From the IMG/VR virus record IMGVR_UViG_3300045988_125296: 64,000 bases of DNA; one strand, given 5' to 3'. Positions within the stretch are counted from its first letter, which is position 1. Each line of letters begins with the position of its first letter. The stretch is from a virus. The notes under the pieces are model-generated. The model saw nothing but the letters and a program-made list of their open reading frames with translations, had not been told where the DNA came from and did no database searches. The translations under genes were made by a program, and so were the position numbers. Shown here one piece after another: positions 28,165-37,771 of the stretch.

Positions 28165-28710
28165 ATGGCTTCAATAAATGACATGCAGAATACCTTAGAT
28201 AAACTTCGTGTTGGAGATTCGATACCGGGTCTTTCCTCTGAGAGTATCATCGATAATTATGTTGAGGTGGAGTTTAAGGACGCTCTTGATAAATGCGAGT
28301 CTGATGATAAGAGAAAAGCTATGAAGGATAAGTTTGTAGCTTTCTATGCGGACGGTCCGGGTAAAAAATTTATAGACGAAAATATCTCTCAGATTAAATA
28401 TCTGTACAAACAAGTAAAAGACAGCATCAATGCCTTAAAAAATAGTGCTACGCAGATAACAGCTTCTAATCTTGTGCCATCGGTTATTACAGTTGGAACA
28501 GCCACTTCTACACCTAACCCCGCTTATACGGCTATTGATAACTCCCAGAAAAAACAGAATTTGCTCGCTGTATTAAAAAGCGTAACTGATTTTTTAATAC
28601 AGTTGTTTAGCTACGCCTTACTTTTAGATTTTGTTTTACCTGATTCTGTCCAAGCCTTAGTTTCCACACTTGCTACACTTACAGCTATTATTAACGCAAT
28701 ACCCGGATAA
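28165..28710 (+). CDS. hypothetical baseplate-module protein
   Basis: 181-aa ORF with a hydrophobic C-terminal third. Confidence 0.4.
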   Translation: MASINDMQNTLDKLRVGDSIPGLSSESIIDNYVEVEFKDALDKCESDDKRKAMKDKFVAFYADGPGKKFIDENISQIKYLYKQVKDSINALKNSATQITASNLVPSVITVGTATSTPNPAYTAIDNSQKKQNLLAVLKSVTDFLIQLFSYALLLDFVLPDSVQALVSTLATLTAIINAIPG

Positions 28711-28712
28711 TT

Positions 28713-29075
28713 ATGAAAGGATTACCAAGTAGATTTATTCTTAAAAATGGCCGATTTTTTTTGACGGAAGGAGTCGAAAAGTCAAGGGATAATATATGGT
28801 TTTATTGTATTTTCGATAAATTTCGGATTTATACGTCAGATTTTGGCGGCAATTTTATATCTTTGGTTCAGAAACCTGTGACATATCTTACTATGAATAG
28901 AACTCTCCTTTTGGGTTCATTGCAAAAAGGTATTCAAAAGTATGTTCCAGATGTTTCTATAAATGCTCTTGACATTGGATACGTATCTAATGACAGAAAA
29001 AATTACTCTCTAATGGTGGAGTATAATTCTGTTCAAGAAGATAAAAGTGTTATTCAAGACGTTACATTTGTTTAA
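28713..29075 (+). CDS. baseplate wedge protein (gpW/gp25-like)
   Basis: 120 aa, immediately upstream of a gpJ-like gene, the typical W-J order. Confidence 0.5.
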   Translation: MKGLPSRFILKNGRFFLTEGVEKSRDNIWFYCIFDKFRIYTSDFGGNFISLVQKPVTYLTMNRTLLLGSLQKGIQKYVPDVSINALDIGYVSNDRKNYSLMVEYNSVQEDKSVIQDVTFV

Positions 29076-29086
29076 AGAACTACTTT

Positions 29087-30598
29087 ATGGCTACTACTAA
29101 GGAACAACTCTTACAGTATTTCAAAGGTTTGGATATTGCTACGCTTGAAAAATTGCAGAAATACTCGAACCTCCTTATTATTCCTGATGAGGACTTGCTA
29201 GTAAATGCTACGATGTCTCAGATGGTAGATAAGGCTCATAGTCTTGCTGATTCATTATTTCCAGAATGGACCGATAGAAGTAAATCTGATTTTGGAGAGT
29301 TTTTAGTGGAACTCTTTGCTCTTTTTTCTGAAAAAGATTTTTGGTATATAAATGCCTTTGCCAACGAGGGTATTCTTAGAAAAATGCGTTCTTATAGTAA
29401 TGCTTTCTCAAAGGCATCTTCTATGGGTTATCAACCTATTACATGTAAAGGGGCTGAGAGTAATTTCAATGTGACTTTCTCAGCGGGAGAAGAGACATCT
29501 TATGAAAAAGGTGACTTGGTTATTGACGTAAATGGAACCAAATTTACGAATGATGAGAATTTTGAGGTGAAGAAAACTTCGTCAGATACTTCCTTAGTAC
29601 TACTACTACATGAGGGGACTCACTTTTCCGAAGACATCACCTATAATGGGTATAACATTCTTCTCCGAAAAGCTAACATAGATATAGATAGTATTTCTAT
29701 TGTAGTCGATAATATCACTTATACAAGAGTTAGAAATTTTGGATTATCCTCTATCGATAGCTATCATTTTATGGTTCTTCCGGAAGAAGATGGTTCTTGC
29801 TCTATATATTTCGGCAATAACGGATTTGGAGTACAGCCTTCAATCGGTAAGATAGTTCACATTGAATACCGTATTTGTAAAGGTTCCGATGGCAATATAT
29901 CTGTTGCATTAGCGACTGTAAATGATAGCCTACCCTCTCGGAAAGCTATTTCGGCATCGATGCTGTCTAATGCAAAAGGTGGTATTTATGCCGAATCCTT
30001 AGCGTCTATCAAGGAGAAAGCTCCTTTATTTTTTAATACTAAAAGAGCGGCTATCAATGAAGAAGTCTCACAAGATATATTAAATAGTTTCTCTTTTGTT
30101 CAGAAGTCCAAAGTTATCGTTCAAGGTAGAAATGTTACTTATAGGGTTATTCCGACCTCTGGATTTTTTGAGCCTACTGTTGAAGAACTTACGGTTATTC
30201 AACAAGAGTTTTATCCTTATATTATGGCGGGCTATGAAGGAGCTTATGTTCAAAATGAATACAGAAACCTTGTTACCGCTGCGGATATATCCGCTTCCAA
30301 GATAATTATTGACGCTATAATATTATCCGGGTATAATCGAGACTTCATAGAAAGTTCCATAAGACAAGTTATGGAAGATGTTACTAACCCATTGGTAGAT
30401 GCTGATTATGGCAGTACTTTTATCAAATCTGACATAGATATATTGATGAGGTCTCGAATTAGTGGCTTACAAAATGTCACATTTAAGATTCAAATGGGTC
30501 CGCAAGAGGTTATTATGCCTGATGTGACTCTTCAAGAATATGAGATATTCAGAAAGATAAGTCAAAAGGATTTAATTGTTAGGATAAATGTTGTTTAG
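29087..30598 (+). CDS. baseplate J-like protein (gp6/gpJ family)
   Basis: 503 aa. Assigned by size and position in a W-J-I arrangement. Confidence 0.55.
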   Translation: MATTKEQLLQYFKGLDIATLEKLQKYSNLLIIPDEDLLVNATMSQMVDKAHSLADSLFPEWTDRSKSDFGEFLVELFALFSEKDFWYINAFANEGILRKMRSYSNAFSKASSMGYQPITCKGAESNFNVTFSAGEETSYEKGDLVIDVNGTKFTNDENFEVKKTSSDTSLVLLLHEGTHFSEDITYNGYNILLRKANIDIDSISIVVDNITYTRVRNFGLSSIDSYHFMVLPEEDGSCSIYFGNNGFGVQPSIGKIVHIEYRICKGSDGNISVALATVNDSLPSRKAISASMLSNAKGGIYAESLASIKEKAPLFFNTKRAAINEEVSQDILNSFSFVQKSKVIVQGRNVTYRVIPTSGFFEPTVEELTVIQQEFYPYIMAGYEGAYVQNEYRNLVTAADISASKIIIDAIILSGYNRDFIESSIRQVMEDVTNPLVDADYGSTFIKSDIDILMRSRISGLQNVTFKIQMGPQEVIMPDVTLQEYEIFRKISQKDLIVRINVV

Positions 30599-31235
30599 TA
30601 ATTGCATACCGGATAAATTACAAGAGTACCCCACTGTAATGAATTTCATGAGGCTTCTTGACTCGTTGCAAGAAGTTAAAACCTCTATTATTGCAGATTC
30701 TTTACGTGTAGATAATGCCGCTCTTTTAATGGATAAAAAATGGCTGCTTAAAAAACTTGATGAGTTTGGATTCTCAGATTTTCCCATTGAGTACCCTATT
30801 CAGATTATGCAACAATTTCTTCTCAATGTGGACACTATTTGCCGTACTCGTGGAAGTAAGATAGGTATTCAACTCTATTGTAGCGTTTTATCTCTTGGAG
30901 AGGTCAGTGTTTTAGACGCAGATTTTTATGTAAGACCCTCGTTAATTATTTTAGATTCTATAAAACAAGGGTACATTCTTGCAGATAGTAAAGACGAAAA
31001 ATTTTATATCTGTGATGATAATAGCCGCATAAATCCTGAACAGAGACTTACTATTATAATACAAAGTAAGTTCTTCAATGGAGATTTCCCCAAAGAAGAA
31101 TCCATAATAAAAGAATACTTACAAAGTACTCTAAGAAACCAATTGGGATTTTCCCCTAATTTACAGATAAATTTTACTTTTGACCCCAAATCAGATTTTT
31201 ATTATCATAAGCTATTAAATCCTTATTTCGTATGA
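30588..31235 (+). CDS. baseplate/tail protein (gpI-like)
   Basis: 215 aa following the J-like gene. Assigned by position only. Confidence 0.4.
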   Translation: MLFSNCIPDKLQEYPTVMNFMRLLDSLQEVKTSIIADSLRVDNAALLMDKKWLLKKLDEFGFSDFPIEYPIQIMQQFLLNVDTICRTRGSKIGIQLYCSVLSLGEVSVLDADFYVRPSLIILDSIKQGYILADSKDEKFYICDDNSRINPEQRLTIIIQSKFFNGDFPKEESIIKEYLQSTLRNQLGFSPNLQINFTFDPKSDFYYHKLLNPYFV

Positions 31236-32491
31236 GCAAAATTGTTGACAAAGTATTCGATGCTGGAAAAAAGATAATTCGCAGCGTTTTTTTGGGTTCT
31301 CCGAATCTATTTACAACGTCTGATTTAAATAGACAGATTGAGGCTATTAAATATCAATTAGACTCACTTGATGACAAAGTAGGAGTTTGTTCTGACCTTG
31401 ATTTTTCCTTACAGTATAATGAGAGCCTTTTAACAGTACAAATAGGTATTATTAGTTATGTGGAGACCAAAGGTTGTAAGTTTACACTAGCCCCAGCAAC
31501 TTTAAGTATCAATTTTACCAGCACTTCATCAGTAGTCTATGTACAGCTACTTGCCGATAAGAAAACTGTTACTTACGAAGATGACCGCACTCATGATATA
31601 GCTGGAGCTAAATTTGAGGACGGAACTTCTTCTCCTGCGGCTAATCAGATTATATACGAAAACGAAAAACTTAAATTAAGTCATGCTTCAACCGATGACG
31701 AAGGTAAGTTAGTTGCTATTCTTGGAATGTTTTGTTTGTCTGATGCAGGAAATATTCTGTGGTTTCCCAACTTCACTGCTAAGAATACGCCCTTAGCGTT
31801 TAGGAAATCTTTTGTTCAAGATTTAGACCCGTCTGTTAAGGGGAGTATTCAGATAGGAGATTCTTATGACCGTGCTTTTTCCATTTTAGAAAATAAATTA
31901 AACAATAAAATAACCAGTAAATGGACATCTTTTGGCAGTGATGACACCGTAAGATACCTTATTAAGAATGGGACCTTATACATTAAGGTCAATTCCCGAA
32001 GAATACATTATGCTGTTGCTTCTAATATGCAATTAGTGTATTTTTGTAATATAATGAGCCTTAAATATTCCAAAAATACCCCCTCTTTGTTTCAATATTT
32101 TAAGGACTTGAATATACCGGCTGAAAATTTAAACACCTATGACATCTCAGACGTAACATACGCATCTTTTTTACCCTATGGAGAGATTGGTTCATTTCCT
32201 ATTTTTCAAGGAAAACACCCGCAAGATTCTCCTATACGCCCTCCAAGATACAGTTTTGCGAAAGTTTGTTTAGCTCTTGTTTATAATATTAAGGGTGAAT
32301 TGGTAGATATTCAAGTAGGAGCTTATATAACGCATCAGATGCTCATCGAGGATAATAATGGAAGCTCCGCTACCATTTATGAATCTGGATGTGACGGGCT
32401 TATTCCGTGGAACTATTACAGAGATAATGTAGGTAAAGGTGAAATCATTATTCCTAATCTATTAGGTGTTTTTCCACTTCCGGGTCTTTAA
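31232..32491 (+). CDS. putative tail fibre protein
   Basis: 419 aa. Last gene of the baseplate block. ATGA overlap with the upstream gene. Confidence 0.4.
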   Translation: MSKIVDKVFDAGKKIIRSVFLGSPNLFTTSDLNRQIEAIKYQLDSLDDKVGVCSDLDFSLQYNESLLTVQIGIISYVETKGCKFTLAPATLSINFTSTSSVVYVQLLADKKTVTYEDDRTHDIAGAKFEDGTSSPAANQIIYENEKLKLSHASTDDEGKLVAILGMFCLSDAGNILWFPNFTAKNTPLAFRKSFVQDLDPSVKGSIQIGDSYDRAFSILENKLNNKITSKWTSFGSDDTVRYLIKNGTLYIKVNSRRIHYAVASNMQLVYFCNIMSLKYSKNTPSLFQYFKDLNIPAENLNTYDISDVTYASFLPYGEIGSFPIFQGKHPQDSPIRPPRYSFAKVCLALVYNIKGELVDIQVGAYITHQMLIEDNNGSSATIYESGCDGLIPWNYYRDNVGKGEIIIPNLLGVFPLPGL

Positions 32492-32507
32492 TGGACGCTA
32501 TTTGTAG

Positions 32508-32537
32508 ATATTTATATTTATATTTATATTTATATTT
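32508..32537. repeat. hexanucleotide microsatellite (ATATTT)x5
   Basis: Five perfect tandem ATATTT units, followed by ATATAG and a TATAAT hexamer (32544-32549). Lies in the gap between the fibre and helicase genes. Confidence 0.9.
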
Positions 32538-32565
32538 ATATAGTATAATGTAATTATAAATAGTT

Positions 32566-35142
32566 ATGGAAGTAGGTAGTAACCTTGTGGCAACAGAGTC
32601 TGAACTACGACATTTAGGTATAGATATTTCCACCTTAGAAAAAAATCTTACTTTACCGAATCCTGAATATGTAAATAAGAAAAGATTTGGCAAGGGTAAG
32701 ATTTATGGACATATTGAACCTTATATTTGTTATTTAAAGAAAGTAGGTTCATCTTATATTGTTCCTCGATATTACATAGGAGAACTTGGTAAGTATGGGA
32801 ATGAAGGTAGAGACGTAAAGATTCATTTTAAGTTCAAACTTCGGGATTATCAACAAAAATTTTGGGACGATAATTCTTCTGCCTTTGAAGAAAGCACAGG
32901 TATTTTACTTGAAGCTGCTTGTGGTACGGGTAAGTGTCATGGAAAAGGAACTCCCATTCTTATGTACGATGGGTCTGTTAAGAATGTAGAGGACATTCGT
33001 GTTGGGGATTTACTTATGGGTGATGATAGTACACCTCGTAGGGTTCTTTCTCTTGCAAGGGGTCATGAGGAGATGTTTGTCGTGCATCAGAAAAAAGGCA
33101 TTGATTATACTGTAAATAGGTCTCACATATTATCATTGCAATATAGGCCATGGGGATTTGGTAATAAAGAGCAGCATAGGAAGGATGCTCATAATGCCTC
33201 TCAGTATGGAGAAGTAAGGGATATTTGCATCGAGGATTATTTGAAACTTTCTAAGACTCAGAAATCATATCTTTACGGATATTGTGTTCCAGTTGAATAT
33301 TCTAATAGGGAAGTTCAGATTCCTCCTTATTTTCTTGGTGCATGGCTTGGCGATGGAACTTCTCGTGTGCCACACATTACAACAGACCGCAGAGATAGGG
33401 TTTTGGTTCACTATTATCGTGAAATTGCGGGTATGTTTAATTGTAATCTTGAACTTGTTAGGCAGGAGGGTAATAATTCCAATGTATATAAGTTTGTTGG
33501 TAAGGAGATTGAAAAAGGAAGACATAAGAACCCTCTTTTAGATGCTTTGAGATTTTATAATCTAATTCAGAATAAGCATATCCCGGATGATTATCTTATC
33601 AATTCAAGGGAAAATCGCTTGCAGCTTCTTGCAGGATTACTTGATACTGATGGAAGTTATAGTACGGGTTGCTTTGATTTTATTCAGAAACGAAAAGACC
33701 TTGCTTTGCAGGTTCGTAAGCTGTGTTGGTCATTGGGTTTTCGTGTAAAATTGACTAAGAAAATTATTAAGGGTCAATCTTACTGGAGATTGTCTATAAG
33801 TGGCGATTTTAGTGAATTACCCACTAAATTGGGTAGAAAAGTTCCACTTAGAAGGCGCATAAATAAAGACTCAAGGGTTAATGGAATATCTGTTGAAAGT
33901 ATTGGAGAAGGAGATTACTACGGTTTTACTCTTGATGGAAATCATAGGTACTGCCTTGCAGATGGCACAGTTACACATAATACTATTATGGCCATTTATT
34001 TTTCGATGATTCGAGGTAAACAGACAATGGTATTGGTTCCCACTTATTATTTGGCCAAGCAATGGAAACAACGTATTGAAGAGTCAACAGATTCTACTTG
34101 TATAATTGTTTCCTCTAAGGATACCGAAATTCGTGTGGATAGTGACTTTACAATAATTGTTTTGGATTTATTTACGTGTAGAAAACTTCCTGCTGAACTT
34201 ATACATAATGTAGGCCACGTTATTCTTGACGAGGCTCATCGTGTTGGTGCTGAGATGTATCTTCCTATTCTTGACGAAGTACCTGCCATTTATCGGACTG
34301 CTCTTACGGCTACATTTCGAAGAACGGATGGAGTTCATAAGATACTTAAATACCACTTTGGAGAGTGTATTCAGATGAAGAGTCATTTTCCACGGCCTCT
34401 TGTTTATAGTGTAAAGACTAATGTACAAATAAGGAGTATCTTATCGAAAAATAAGAAGTACGAACATTTTGTAGACTTCTTGGATAGGAACAATGTTCCT
34501 TATTCTGAGACTAAAAGTGCCATAGAGTTTCCATCTCTTGATTTAAGAGATGTTGCAGAAAAAGAATATAAAAAGGGGGTTCTTACAAAAACTGCTTTTC
34601 ATGAAATAGCTTCATGTCTTAAACGAAGTTCTGAGATGCCTTATTCAGTCGTTGACTCGTATTTGAATGAACATTCTGGACGTAGAAAGATTGCTATTCG
34701 TGTTATTCAAGAATGTTTGGACTCAGGTAGAAACATTCTTTTCCTCTCAAAGCGAAAATCTACCTTGAAGGACTTACACAAGTATTTTGCAGCATATAAG
34801 CCTATGCTCATCGTTTCTGAGACAAATTCACGGTCTCCCGAAGATGAGGATTACTTGCAGAATACTTGCCCCCTTATTTTTGGTATCTCACAATTAGCTA
34901 AGGAAGGTCTTGATATTGATAGGTTAGATACCCTTATTATTCATTTACCTATGAAAGATACCGAACAAGCTATTGGACGTATAAATCGTCTCTACGAGGG
35001 TAAGAAATTTCCTGTTTGTTTATATCTTTTGGATAATTGCCCTATTACGTTTGCCGTTTTTAGAAATGCCCAAAAATTTATCTCCATCAATGCCGATTAT
35101 AAAGGTGAACGGACTCTTTTAACTTTAAAATCTGCCTTATAG
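32566..35142 (+). CDS. SF2 (DEAH) DNA helicase interrupted by an intein
   Basis: Exteins carry motif I AACGTGK|T split by the intein, Ia MVLVPT, II ILDEAH, III TATFRR and VI QAIGRINR. Confidence 0.85.
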   Translation: MEVGSNLVATESELRHLGIDISTLEKNLTLPNPEYVNKKRFGKGKIYGHIEPYICYLKKVGSSYIVPRYYIGELGKYGNEGRDVKIHFKFKLRDYQQKFWDDNSSAFEESTGILLEAACGTGKCHGKGTPILMYDGSVKNVEDIRVGDLLMGDDSTPRRVLSLARGHEEMFVVHQKKGIDYTVNRSHILSLQYRPWGFGNKEQHRKDAHNASQYGEVRDICIEDYLKLSKTQKSYLYGYCVPVEYSNREVQIPPYFLGAWLGDGTSRVPHITTDRRDRVLVHYYREIAGMFNCNLELVRQEGNNSNVYKFVGKEIEKGRHKNPLLDALRFYNLIQNKHIPDDYLINSRENRLQLLAGLLDTDGSYSTGCFDFIQKRKDLALQVRKLCWSLGFRVKLTKKIIKGQSYWRLSISGDFSELPTKLGRKVPLRRRINKDSRVNGISVESIGEGDYYGFTLDGNHRYCLADGTVTHNTIMAIYFSMIRGKQTMVLVPTYYLAKQWKQRIEESTDSTCIIVSSKDTEIRVDSDFTIIVLDLFTCRKLPAELIHNVGHVILDEAHRVGAEMYLPILDEVPAIYRTALTATFRRTDGVHKILKYHFGECIQMKSHFPRPLVYSVKTNVQIRSILSKNKKYEHFVDFLDRNNVPYSETKSAIEFPSLDLRDVAEKEYKKGVLTKTAFHEIASCLKRSSEMPYSVVDSYLNEHSGRRKIAIRVIQECLDSGRNILFLSKRKSTLKDLHKYFAAYKPMLIVSETNSRSPEDEDYLQNTCPLIFGISQLAKEGLDIDRLDTLIIHLPMKDTEQAIGRINRLYEGKKFPVCLYLLDNCPITFAVFRNAQKFISINADYKGERTLLTLKSAL
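32935..33981 (+). mobile_element. intein (349 aa) with LAGLIDADG homing endonuclease domain, in the helicase P-loop
   Basis: Starts at Cys (CHGKGTPILMYDG) and ends ...GTVTHN, followed by +1 Thr. Block B: NRSHILSL. LAGLIDADG motifs: FLGAWLGDGTS and LLAGLLDTDGSY. Confidence 0.85.
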
Positions 35143-35202
35143 GTCTATTTGGATATTTCTATATACTTATGTATATTTATATCGATTGAAATTTATAATT
35201 AT

Positions 35203-35415
35203 ATGGTACGTGTTATTAGAGAATTATGTAAGGTTCTAATGTTTGTTATCCTTTGGGGATTCCCATTGTGGTTAGCTAAGTGGAACGATGATAATAACTT
35301 TTTATGGTTTTTACTTGTTAGCTTTTTTTCCACTTTGGGTGTTTTCTCCCATTATGAAGATTTAGAACGTATTGAACAAAGTAATAAACAGAACGATGAG
35401 TCGGGCACAGAGTGA
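35203..35415 (+). CDS. small membrane protein
   Basis: The track start 35149 is TTG. ATG 35203 gives MVRVIRELCKVLMFVILWGFPLWLAKW... with two hydrophobic spans. Confidence 0.4.
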   Translation: MVRVIRELCKVLMFVILWGFPLWLAKWNDDNNFLWFLLVSFFSTLGVFSHYEDLERIEQSNKQNDESGTE

Positions 35416-36031
35416 ATCTCGGAGGGTAAAAAGATACCTCTTTCATAGAGCTAAGTACGGTAAACTCCGAAAAGGCGATACTGAAAAGTCATATATGGAT
35501 AATATGGGTTATGAATACAGCTATAAATGGATAGCTTCCCTATCGTCTTTTTGGAATATTTTTTCTGGGTGTTTGAAAAATGGTTTTCCTATTGTAGTGT
35601 CTAAACTATGGTATTCGGCATGGGCATTTTATCCTTTTTTCTTTATACGTAAAGACTTTAAGGGTAATCCAGTGCACACGCTTAATCATGAGCGCATTCA
35701 TATTAGACAACAGAGAGACATACATTTAACTGTAAGCGTTCCCTTGATTATTCTATGTGGACTTGCGGAGCTATTTGGATGGTTCAATCCTATTTACTTA
35801 CTTTGTATTGTTCCGTTTGTTCCTACCATAGTGTATGGATTTGAGATATTACATTCTTATCTTTATTTATGGAATATGAATAGTTTGCGGAAATTCGATA
35901 AGTTGGATTCTCCTATTACCTTTCATAAGGTACGTGAGAATACATGTTTTGAAAAGGAGGCAATAGCTCATGCTTCAAATGTCGAATACCTTTTTGAACG
36001 AAAATTTTGGGCGGTTATTAGATTTATGTAG
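35372..36031 (+). CDS. polytopic membrane protein with HExxH motif (putative metalloprotease-like)
   Basis: LNHERIHIRQQ (HExxH) lies between hydrophobic segments. 219 aa. Confidence 0.45.
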   Translation: MNKVINRTMSRAQSESRRVKRYLFHRAKYGKLRKGDTEKSYMDNMGYEYSYKWIASLSSFWNIFSGCLKNGFPIVVSKLWYSAWAFYPFFFIRKDFKGNPVHTLNHERIHIRQQRDIHLTVSVPLIILCGLAELFGWFNPIYLLCIVPFVPTIVYGFEILHSYLYLWNMNSLRKFDKLDSPITFHKVRENTCFEKEAIAHASNVEYLFERKFWAVIRFM

Positions 36032-36033
36032 TT

Positions 36034-36294
36034 ATGGTGGTGAAATTAGAATTTACAGCTGACTCTACTAAGGAACAGTATGAGACTTTATATACCCTTG
36101 AAGTAGGGTCTGTATTCAAGGTACGTTCTTCTGATTTTGAGACAGTAATGAGACGCATTGAGGAATTTAAACCATGTAATTTGAATTTTTCAGTATTTCC
36201 CATAAATCCCGGAACAGCATTATATACGACTTATGGAGCAGACCATTGTGTTATAACAGATAACTCTTCTTGCTCCAAGATTATTACAGAGTGA
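36034..36294 (+). CDS. hypothetical protein
   Basis: 86-aa ORF. Confidence 0.4.
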   Translation: MVVKLEFTADSTKEQYETLYTLEVGSVFKVRSSDFETVMRRIEEFKPCNLNFSVFPINPGTALYTTYGADHCVITDNSSCSKIITE

Positions 36295-36388
36295 TTTGTA
36301 AATTTAAAACATAAATCTTATATTTAAATGTTTCTTTAACGCATGCCAACGGCATGTAATTATATTCACAATTTAATTTTTATTTATT

Positions 36389-37240
36389 ATGGTAATCGGA
36401 AAGATTAAGCCGACTGCTACAATCGTAGCACAGTTCGCAGCAGGTGTTGAAATTGAATCTATTCAGCACGATGGTAAAATGTATTTACCCGTAGTAACTA
36501 TGGGTGACTTTTCTGTAAAAGAGGAACCAGAAAAAGTTCCTGCTTCACCGGCTAAACCGGAAACTTCCTCTGCTGAGGTTTCTCCCTCCTATACCAAAGA
36601 GGAACTGATGGCAATGGACCCCAAAGAACTCATCAAAATTTGTAAGAATGAGTTCGGTATTAACCCCGAAGATTTTGAAGGGAAAAATACGAACAAAAAA
36701 TTGAGAGACCTCATTTTGGGTGCTCAGGAGAATCCCGAAGCCATGCAGACAAAAAAAGAAGAAGAAGATGACGAAGATTCTGACGATGACGCACCAAAAG
36801 ATGAAGACTCTGAATTGATAGACAATATCGCTGAGATTCTCGAAGATTTTGATTCCGGTAAAAAAACAAAGAAGAAGGCTCTCTCTGCCATTTACGCTCT
36901 TTCGGAAAATCCTAATGAGGATGCTATTGCCGAGCTTGTTGACAATTTTGAAGAAGACGGTGATTGTGACCTCGACGACACAGCTTCCAAGATTTCCAAA
37001 CTTTTCGGTGCTAAGAGCAAAGCTCCTAAAAGTAAAAAGGAAAAAGAAGACCTTGTTTCTCTCGAAGACCTTGAAGTAGGAGACCGGATTTCTGTGTGGT
37101 GGAATGACGACAATCAAGAATGGTATGACGGAGAAGTTGCGTCCATTAAACGTGGAAAAGTAACTGTCGATTATGACGATGGCACTTCGGGTGTTATTGA
37201 TACAAAAATTCATACGAAAATAAAAAGAATCACAGAGTAA
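36389..37240 (+). CDS. acidic protein with HeH/SAP-like segment and C-terminal Tudor/SH3-like barrel
   Basis: YTKEELMAMDPKELIKICKNEFGI, then long D/E-rich linkers, then C-terminal VGDRISVWWNDDNQEWYDGEVASIKRGKVTVDYDDGTSGVI. Confidence 0.55.
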   Translation: MVIGKIKPTATIVAQFAAGVEIESIQHDGKMYLPVVTMGDFSVKEEPEKVPASPAKPETSSAEVSPSYTKEELMAMDPKELIKICKNEFGINPEDFEGKNTNKKLRDLILGAQENPEAMQTKKEEEDDEDSDDDAPKDEDSELIDNIAEILEDFDSGKKTKKKALSAIYALSENPNEDAIAELVDNFEEDGDCDLDDTASKISKLFGAKSKAPKSKKEKEDLVSLEDLEVGDRISVWWNDDNQEWYDGEVASIKRGKVTVDYDDGTSGVIDTKIHTKIKRITE

Positions 37241-37263
37241 TCCGATTGCCGAGTGAATTAGAC

Positions 37264-37297
37264 GAGAGTCGGGGATAAAATCTTCGACTCTCTTTTT
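37264..37297 (+). terminator. rho-independent terminator
   Basis: GAGAGTCG...CGACTCTC stem (extendable with G-U pairs) followed by TTTTTATTT. Confidence 0.6.
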
Positions 37298-37321
37298 ATT
37301 TATACTTTAATAATTTGAGCT

Positions 37322-37771
37322 ATGCCAGTTAAGAAAGAAAAATCAACTCAATCTGTTAAAGATTTAGCCTTGTTAGGCATTAGTTATGCGAATAACAAGA
37401 AAGAGATTAAACATTTGGAGGCCGAGTGCACTAAAATGCGGAAACCTTTGGAATCTTATCTTGAAGAAAAAGGACATGTTCTTGAAAGTGGGAGTAAATT
37501 AGCCATTCTTCCTTATGTTGATGTCGAGGTACATCTTAAAAAAACATTGAGAACTGGAAAAGTACTTTTACCGGAAGCTATGGAGGTTCTTGAAAAAAAT
37601 GGCCTCTCTGAGTGTATTGAGAATGTACCTACTATTCGAGAAGATGTTATCGAGGCCCTTTATTATGAAGGTAAGATAACAGATGAACTCTTAATGAAGA
37701 TTTATAAGAGCAAACCTACTTTCGCATTTAGTGTGGAGGTTAAACACAGTACCCCAGATGAGCCTGAATAA
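37322..37771 (+). CDS. hypothetical protein
   Basis: 149-aa ORF with a coiled-coil N-terminus. Confidence 0.45.
   Translation: MPVKKEKSTQSVKDLALLGISYANNKKEIKHLEAECTKMRKPLESYLEEKGHVLESGSKLAILPYVDVEVHLKKTLRTGKVLLPEAMEVLEKNGLSECIENVPTIREDVIEALYYEGKITDELLMKIYKSKPTFAFSVEVKHSTPDEPE

Noticed and set aside
32508-32537. Whether the tandem repeat is a CRISPR array.
   Set aside because: It consists of 6-nt units with no spacers. It is a simple microsatellite.
36341-36358. Hairpin CATGCC-AAC-GGCATG upstream of ORF 36389.
   Set aside because: The stem is 6 bp with a 3-nt loop and no T-tract. It is insufficient to call a terminator or an operator.
36545-37213. A 222-aa minus-strand ORF, plus all other minus-strand ORFs in the track (for example 15085-15567, 7741-8175, 55258-55647 and 11055-11447).
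   Set aside because: Each lies antisense to a + strand gene with motif or positional support. Their translations are low-complexity and F/I/L/S-rich, typical of shadow ORFs in AT-rich DNA. None has a recognisable motif.
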